From Eledone cirrhosa (lineage: Eukaryota), in assembly GCA_964016885.1 (NCBI GenBank), contig OZ024742.1:285758001-285822000 (forward strand): a stretch of DNA of 64,000 bases, read 5' to 3'. This document shows positions 56,292 through 64,000 of this stretch, piece after piece (position 1 is the first letter of the stretch; each line of letters opens with the position of its first letter). A model generated the notes under the pieces. It was not told the DNA's origin. It saw only the letters and a list, made by a program, of their open reading frames with translations, and made no database searches. Made by a program: the position numbers and the translations under genes.

Positions 56292-56435
56292 AAAATTAAG
56301 ATAGATTAAAAGAATTCAATCAGAATCGAAATTGTATATATGCATGTGCGTATATGTACATATATATAATGAGTGTACGTATATATATATATATATATAT
56401 ATACACACAAAAATATAAATATAGATAGATAGATA

Positions 56436-56752
56436 TGTTTCTTTATTAGCCACAGGGGCACAAAAGAAGGGGACAAATACAAAGGGGGAAGTTTACATAC
56501 AATAAAAACGCGTAAAATATTATCACAAATGCAATTTTAAAATTAGTCGATTTTCCCCAATAGGGGGAGACAGTTCATATGGGTAACACATACCGCCGAA
56601 AAAATGTGCAACCCTCATCTCCAGGAGTACGAAGAGTTTGTACTCCTTTCCTCTCCTCCTCCTTTTCCTCAACCTACAGGCTGATATAGAGAGAAGGCCC
56701 ATTCACTCGGGCCATTCTCGCCACTTTCACCCACCTTTCATAAAATTTGCTG
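56436..56752 (-). mobile_element. Tx1/L1-clade LINE 3' end in (GATA)n
   Basis: Reverse complement of 58519-58834 with (GATA)n on both sides. Confidence 0.88.
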
Positions 56753-56789
<37 letters not shown>

Positions 56790-57791
56790 AATATATATAG
56801 AGAGAGTGGGGTTATTTGATTAACAGGGCAATAAGTCCTTTCCGCATTTACCACAAACATTTCTTTCTATTGCCATCTATATAACTTTCCTATCGAACAT
56901 TTGTTTAATATAAATTCTAATGTCAGTCAATAAAGTGTTAATGGTGTGAAGCACTGTCTGTACGTAGAATGAGTTCGGGAGTCAATTAAATGACGAAATA
57001 GTGAGTAAACTTATTGATAAACTCATAAATCGTCATTCATCCATTCGAATATACATTGTTAGTTGGGGAGTTAGGTTAAACGCCTCAATTTTTATTCCGG
57101 CTCCGGTTCCCTGTGCCCTGAGTTCAAATCCCGCCGAGGTCAATTTTCTCTTTCAATCTTACAGAGTTGATAAAGTACCAACTGGTAGAATTGTTGAGTA
57201 TGACGTGATGCTGTGGGTTTGGGGTTCAAATCCCATCACATTCTACAAGGCATTGCAACCATCAGTTAAAAGACTGCTGAAAACATTTTCTGACGATTGG
57301 CTCCATCATATATATTCATTGGAGGGATAACCAATTGATTTTAGAAGAGCAAGAAATAACAGTGTCCTTCATATACGGCGAAAAGGAAAAGGCACTTAAC
57401 ATCTAATGGAATCGTAGGGACACCGTCCTGACACTTGGCATGTCTAGGGTATCTAATCATCTCGTTCTAGTCGTTCTAGGTGAGAACTCAATCGATTTCT
57501 TCCAGAGAGAGAGAGAGAGAAGGGGGGGGAGAAAGGGGGGGGGGATAGAGAGAGAGAGAAAAAGAGAGTGATAGAGAGTGAGAGAGAGTAATAAAGAAAC
57601 CAAAAGGAAGAAACATCCAACAATACTATTTTATTTATCGTCGCTGAGAAGATTTATGACAAAATTGACCACGGCGGGATTTGAACTCAGAACACAAACT
57701 TCCTAACAACTTAATACATCACCTCTCCCAACACACACACTTGTGTATAGTTTTTGCATATATGTATGAATTTATCTATATATCTATGAGA

Positions 57792-57825
<34 letters not shown>

Positions 57826-58834
57826 GGGGATGCCGTGGCTGACGATGCGCAAACATGCGCTCAGGCTGCGGCATCTCTACGTATTCCTCACCGGACAACC
57901 GGTGTGGGCCCCGTTCGTGAGGCGAGTCTTCCCACGACTCGTCTCGCTGACCGAGCTGCAGTCCTGGGTCAAGCAAAGACCGAGGAAAATGGGCGACTGG
58001 CACATCGAATGTGCTCAGGCGCTCACAGCCCACTGGCAGGCGGACCCGGCAATCAGTGGAGACTCCACTTCGTAATTCTATAGAGGGTTGATCCTGGCAG
58101 TGCTACCGAGGAGCTCTACCAATTCGAGACAAGCTCTACAGACATGGGCACCCGGGCAGGGACTCTGCAAAAAAAGATCTGTCCGAGGTGCGTACGAGAC
58201 GAAGAAACCGTCGCGCACGCATTCATACACTGCCCGGGCGTCACCGACCTGTGGTGCTATGTAGAACGACTATTGTCGCGGGTGGGACCAATCCGGTTGA
58301 CCACCGAGTCTATTGTCATGATCAAACCGCCACCCTCCTTCAAAAACGAAGGAGAGGCGGTTTTGCTTTGTGTGATAGCTATGGCGAATGAGGTTGTATC
58401 GTGGACAAGGTTGAAAGGGCTGAGGTCAGACACCTTTCTCTCCGGCCAACAACTGATTCTTTTTTTCAAATACCACTTTGGAAGAAGAATCAGGATGGAG
58501 AGAGAGGTGCTGTACCCCAGCAAGTTTTATGAAAGGTGGGTGAAAGTGGCGAGAATGGCTCGAGTGAATGGGCCTTCTCTCTATATCAGCCTGTAGGTTG
58601 AGGAAAAGGAGGAGGAGAGGAAAGGAGTACAAACTCTTCGTACTCCTGGAGATGAGGGTTGCACATTTTTTCGGGGGTATGTGTTATCCATATGAACTGT
58701 CTCCCCCTATTGGGGAAAATCGACTAATTTTTAAATTGCATTTGCGATAATATTTTACACGTTTTTATTGTATGTAAACTTCCCCCTTTGTATTTGTCTC
58801 CTTCTTTTGTGCCCCTGTGGCTAATAAAGAAACA
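57826..58834 (+). mobile_element. 5'-truncated Tx1/L1-clade LINE (ORF2 C-terminus with CCHC zf-RVT) in (TATC)n
   Basis: WQCYRGALP..CPRCVRDEETVAHAFIHCPGVTDLW..FYERW, with aataaa near the end and (TATC)n on both sides. Confidence 0.88.
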
Positions 58835-59082
58835 TATCTATCTATCTATGTTACTTAATTATCCAATTATTTAAAGAAGAGTTTCTTGGTGCAAAAACCC
58901 CATTCAGTTATTACACAATTACATCGTCTGTTCATAGATATTTGTAAATATCTAAGTGAATGAATGCATGGAAGGGGTGGGTTTTCCGCTGCTCAACATT
59001 TTATGTGGGAATTGCATTACTATAAATAGGTAATATTACTTTTGTCACATATTAATTTGTTTCATGAGATAGTTCATTAAGT

Positions 59083-59221
<139 letters not shown>

Positions 59222-59365
59222 ACCAAAGATTAGTATGGTTCATTGATTATTCAATGAATACAGTTTTACAATAGATTAAAAGCACTCTACAAAGAGGTTT
59301 TCAGGAGTTATTAATATTATTCAAAATATTAATAAATGAAGACATTCACATAATCAAAATACATG

Positions 59366-59428
59366 TTTTATTATATATATTTCGAAGGTACTGTGCTGTT
59401 TTTTCAGTAAGTTCCTCGTCAGATAAAA
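59366..59428 (-). ncRNA. Hammerhead ribozyme
   Basis: Minus strand reads ttttat CTGACGA ggaacttactg..cagtaccttc GAAA tatata TA ataaaa. Confidence 0.72.
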
Positions 59429-59590
59429 TACATGAATTGATGTATGACATACCTCAACGGTGTTGATGGTTCAATTTCAATACTATATATACATATATAT
59501 ATATATATATATAACGAAGGAAATGTGGTAAGGAACCAGGTGGACCATAACGCACCAAAGTACTCAATACTTGAGGTAGTAGAGTGGGTA

Positions 59591-59702
59591 ATAGGAACCA
59601 GTAGGACCCCGACAGCTGAGCTCAAGCCGTTTCGACGGCTAATTCTGGAATTAGCCGTCGAAACGGCTTGAGCTCAGCTGTCGGGGTCCTACTGGTTCCT
59701 AT
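59591..59702. repeat. Perfect inverted repeat with ~55-bp arms and 2-nt spacer
   Basis: ataggaaccagtaggaccccgacagctgagctcaagccgtttcgacggctaattc TG gaattagccgtcgaaacggcttgagctcagctgtcggggtcctactggttcctat. Confidence 0.95.
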
Positions 59703-59724
59703 ATATATATATATATATATAAAT

Positions 59725-59781
<57 letters not shown>

Positions 59782-59813
59782 CGTCCCCTCAATCTATCTT
59801 ATTTTTCATTCTT

Positions 59814-59849
59814 TCTTCTGATGAAGAACTAGCGTCCGAAACGTTAAGA
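59814..59849 (+). ncRNA. Minimal hammerhead ribozyme
   Basis: tctt CTGATGA a gaac-tagc-gtcc GAAA cg TT aaga. Confidence 0.72.
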
Positions 59850-60079
59850 CCCTCTTTTCCTGCTATATCAAGCGTTAACCTAATATATCCCTTCCATATA
59901 CTGTACCGATTTTGTTGTTATTTCAGTTTACCTTTTACATATATATACATACATATATACAGATACATACATATACATATATGTGAGCATACACACATAT
60001 ATAAATGTATATATAATTACATATGTTCATATACATATATTCATATACATATATATATAATTACATATATTCATATGCA

Positions 60080-63000
60080 AAAGTAAACAACAACAACAAC
60101 AATAACAACGGTAGTAGTAATATAAACAAAAACTCTGAGTATAGAAATAACAGCCATAACAATAACAATAGAAGGAGAGTGAGAAATAGTAGTAATGGTA
60201 ATAATACTAACGATAGACAGAACAACAACAACAACCACACTAATAATAATAATAGAAACATTAACCACAGACACAGCAGCAGCGACCACAGTAGTAATAA
60301 CGAACAGTAGTAAATACGAATAAGAACAACAATAACCACAGTGGTAATAATGGAAATAATACTAACGATAGACAATGGAAATAATACTAACAATAACCAC
60401 AGTGGTAATAATGGTAATGATACTAACGATAATAATGGACCACAGTAGTAATAACGAACAGTAGTAAATACGAACAACAACAATAACCACAGTGGTAATA
60501 ATGGAAATAATACATGTAGCAACATTAATGATAGACACTACAAAAACAAGAAACATAATAAAAGTAACAACCACAATGGTAGAAATAACAGTAACAACAA
60601 CAATAACGGTGAAGTAAACAACAATACATCTAGCAATCATAACAATAATAATGCTAATGATAGGAACAACAACAACCACCATGATAACAATAATAGCAAC
60701 ACACACAACTATGACGATAGATATAATGACAACCCCTTAGAGAAACTATTTTTCAACCCAGCTGACAAAACATATAAGATGGGTAATATCTATCCTACGA
60801 GGTTACCCTTTAATAAAAGAGTTTGCATACCACAGCAAATAGATGACGAGACGGAGGCACAGTTCACCATAGCTAGAAATAAGATTAGACAAATAGTAGA
60901 CCGGTATACTAAGAGACAGAGCAGACCAGAGGCCCAACAACTTGGGAGGAAAGCTGTAGAAGGCTTGGTTAGCCTCAAGCAGCGCACAAGGGATGGTGAG
61001 GTAGTATGTCTACCCACGGATAAGTCTGGTAGGATGTCAATAGATAGCATGCCGAACTATATCAAGGCTATGCAATCCCACATCACCAACACGAGCGAAA
61101 TTACACAACAAACACATGATGGGAGAGAGAAAATCCTCAACGCTCACATGATGATGTGGACTGACATCCTAAAGCCAAGTAGACGCACTGACAACAACTT
61201 CCAGGCGTCTAACAATGGCATACCACCCTTGTATGGGCTCCTCAAAGACCACAAGACAGTCGACGACCCGACAACAGGACCACCAACAATACCCGTATGC
61301 GGAGCTAATATAGCTAGCAACTACAGGATCTCCTACTTCCTCTCAATGGTTATACGCCCCATAATCAAGATGTCCCCAGATGTATGTGACAGTACAGAGG
61401 ACCTCCTCAGCAGAATCAGTGAGTGCAACAAAAACAGGAACCTATCCAACTGCATAATAGGCAGCATGGATGTGGTGTCACTGTACCCATCCATTAACAT
61501 TGATTTTGCTGTGAAAAAATGTGTGGAGATGATCATTGAGAGTGAGGTAGAGTTCTGCGACGTCGACACAGACGAACTGGGCCTCCTACTTAGACTTACC
61601 TACGACACTGACTACCTAGACAGCCATGACCTTAGACGTTTCTGCCCTAGTAGACCTATAAGAGGTAGACCCCCACCATAACCTCAATAGCAAAAAAGAC
61701 TCCTATGGGAAGGTGGATTGGGTGGACCAAAGCTATACGGACCCCCCAAAACAATGATCAGGTAAGAAAAATGGTCGCACATGCAATAGGGGCTAGTATC
61801 AAAACTACCCTAAAGGGCCACATATTTAAGTTCAACGAGAAGATCTACACCCAAAATGAGGGAGCAGCCATTGGCGTCAGCATAGCTGGTGATGTTGCCA
61901 ACCTTTTCATGGTATGGTGGGAGAGGAGACTTAAAGATCTCCTTAATGAAAGCTCCATAGACCTCATCATGTACTCTCGTTATGTAGACGATATCAATAT
62001 GGTTATAAGAACATCCCCACTAGAGAGCACTAACAAGTTTGATTTAGAACGTAGCACAATGGAAAGCATCCAGCAGATAGCTAATTCCATTCACCAGAGT
62101 ATAACTGTAACTATCGACTTCCCTTCCAAACACCCTAACAATAGACTACCTGTATTAGACACGGAACTCTGGATTAACACTATAGACGAGAGAGCCCAAA
62201 TACTCCACTCACACTATGCTAAACCCATGGCCTCCAAATACCTGATACTCAAAAACTCAGCAATGTCCAGTAGTGCTAAGTTTAATATTCTGATCGCAGA
62301 TTTGGTATGAGTGATGAAGAATGTGTCCCGCATGTGCGACCCAACAGAAATGGAAAGACACATCCAACACTTCATCAACCGCATGCAGTTCTCTGGCTAC
62401 AACCAAAGAGACAGAGTCAGAGTATACGAAGGAGCCATGGAGAAGTATAAGACCCTCACAGAACTGGACATGAAAGGAATTTGCCCATTATACAGGAGCA
62501 AATCATGGAATAGCTTAGATAGGGCTAGACATAAGATAGGGAAAGCCACCTCATGGTACGACAACCAGAGATACCAGAGTGTCATGTTTGTGGACACTAC
62601 CCCGGGAGGGAAATTAGCTAACCAGTGTAGAAAAGCCCTGAGAAAGACCCACTTAAAGATTAAGGTGGTAGAAAAGCCAGGAACCACCATAACATCCCTG
62701 ATCAGCAAAACCTACCCTTTTAAGAAAACCCACTGTACTAATAGGAAATGTATCATATGTAAGGTAAATCCCCGGATAAACTGTAAAACTAGAAACGTAG
62801 TCTATAGCATAAGATGTACAGAGGGTACTTGCAGAAACATGACAACAACATACATAGGTGAGACAGCTCGTAGCATAGGTGAAAGGATAGACCAACACTG
62901 GGGGGAACTAAAAGGACGAAAAAACGGGTCAGTACTATACGAACATGCCAGACAACAACACGACGGTAACATAGACAACATAGAAATTAGAATAATATCT

Positions 63001-63636
63001 AAACATAGAAATGACCCAGCAGATAAGCAAATCAGAGAGGCCAGTGAAATAGAACTTAGAATGCCAAGACTAAACAGAAAGAATGAATGGAATAACAACA
63101 ACACCCAAACAAACACTGACCTAAGAGAAGTATAAATAAATAAATAAATAAATAAATAGATAAATAAATAAATAAATACATACACAAGCACAATAACAAC
63201 AAACACATATAAACACACACTAGTCACCCAATCACGAACACACATCAAACAAAACACTATACACACACGCAAACGCATGCGCAAAGAAGACAAAATAAAA
63301 TAAACAAAGAAGCAAATAAATAAATAGATATATAGACAGGCTAAATAAAAATGGCGTAGACATACAATGTAACGAGAGGAAACAATAGCACCACTGACGA
63401 TGTTACAGATGTGCAACGAAAGATTTATGATAAACTATATATATGTGTTTGTGTCTATATTGTATCTGTATTATTTTTGACCGTCGGTCAGTCAATGGCA
63501 ACATTGAGGACCGAATAAATTAGATTACCGATATAAAAGACACAGAAGCGAAAAGCGAAAACCAACCAAACAGTGAGTGTGTTCTGTTATTAATTCTGGC
63601 AATATTACACAAATATGACCCTCCCCAAGTATAACC
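60080..63636 (+). mobile_element. Near-complete Penelope-like retrotransposon (Neptune-like: RT, C-x4-CxxC linker, GIY-YIG, 3' pLTR with HHR at 63390-63431)
   Basis: TDKSGR, PPLYGLLKDHK, SMDVVSLYPSI, QNEGAAIG, SRYVDD, LPVLD, YAKPMAS and NVVYSIRC..YIGETARSIGER..H. HHR reads CTGACGA..GAAA gatt TA. Confidence 0.93.
60455..63135 (+). pseudogene. PLE RT/GIY-YIG ORF, disrupted by a frameshift near 61675 and a nonsense codon at 62308-62310
   Basis: The frame is open from 60455 through an Asn-rich stretch into ORF 60779-61681, then continues in 61705-62310 and 62311-63135. Confidence 0.88.
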
Positions 63637-63743
63637 ATATATATATGTGCGTGTGTGTGTGTGTGAGTGTGTGTACATATATATATATATGTATGTATGT
63701 ATATATATATATATGTTTATATGTACATATATATATGTATATA

Positions 63744-63802
<59 letters not shown>

Positions 63803-63863
63803 TAAAATAACAGATTAAAGTTTAAGCAAAGAATCGCTGCTTTCACCCTTAACGGGATCTTGT

Positions 63864-64000
63864 GCCTTTTATTTCGATAATCCGCGAAAAGCAGACAACA
63901 AGCAGGACAAATTTGGATTTAAAACCTATAATAACCCTCCGTGGAACCCAGCATTGCTACCCTTCGAAAATCATGTCTTGGAACTCATTCGGAGTATCAA
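63864..64000 (+). mobile_element. Start of another PLE ORF running off the window, preceded by an inverted pLTR piece (63797-63861)
   Basis: AFYFDNP..DKFGFKTYNNPPWNPALLPFENHVLELIRSI resembles the FGFK..PP..L..FE N-terminal block of PLE ORFs (recognised from memory). Confidence 0.6.

Noticed and set aside
62308-62310. In-frame TGA in the PLE ORF as possible selenocysteine or readthrough
   Set aside because: The paralogous copy at ~3405 has Arg (CGG) here, so CGA to TGA decay is simpler. The position is not a Cys site and the ORF also has a frameshift.

Overview
AT-rich animal genomic DNA packed with microsatellites. The mix of (TA)n/(CA)n tracts, tRNA-derived SINEs, RTE and Penelope elements suggests a cephalopod such as Octopus (inference). 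I can support no host protein-coding gene, and most ORFs in the track are microsatellite artefacts. Coding remnants belong to two groups of Penelope-like elements (PLEs): one near-complete RT plus GIY-YIG copy at ~60.1-63.6 kb, and several fragments with a CxC-x5-C linker. There are also RTE LINE tails, a Tx1/L1 family inserted in (TATC)n, mariner-type MITEs and many SINEs. The main hidden signal is about 27 type I hammerhead ribozyme (HHR) motifs, folded by eye, lying in short islands between (TA)n tracts. Some sit in PLE 3' ends. Many sit in non-coding retrozyme-like units of ~590-635 bp with partial tandem repeats and fold-back 5' ends. Five HHRs from three unrelated families carry a compensatory U3-A8 core instead of C3-G8. 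A shared TWGAGYRCT motif lies between the HHR and the element 3' end. Coordinates were read manually and may be off by a few bases.
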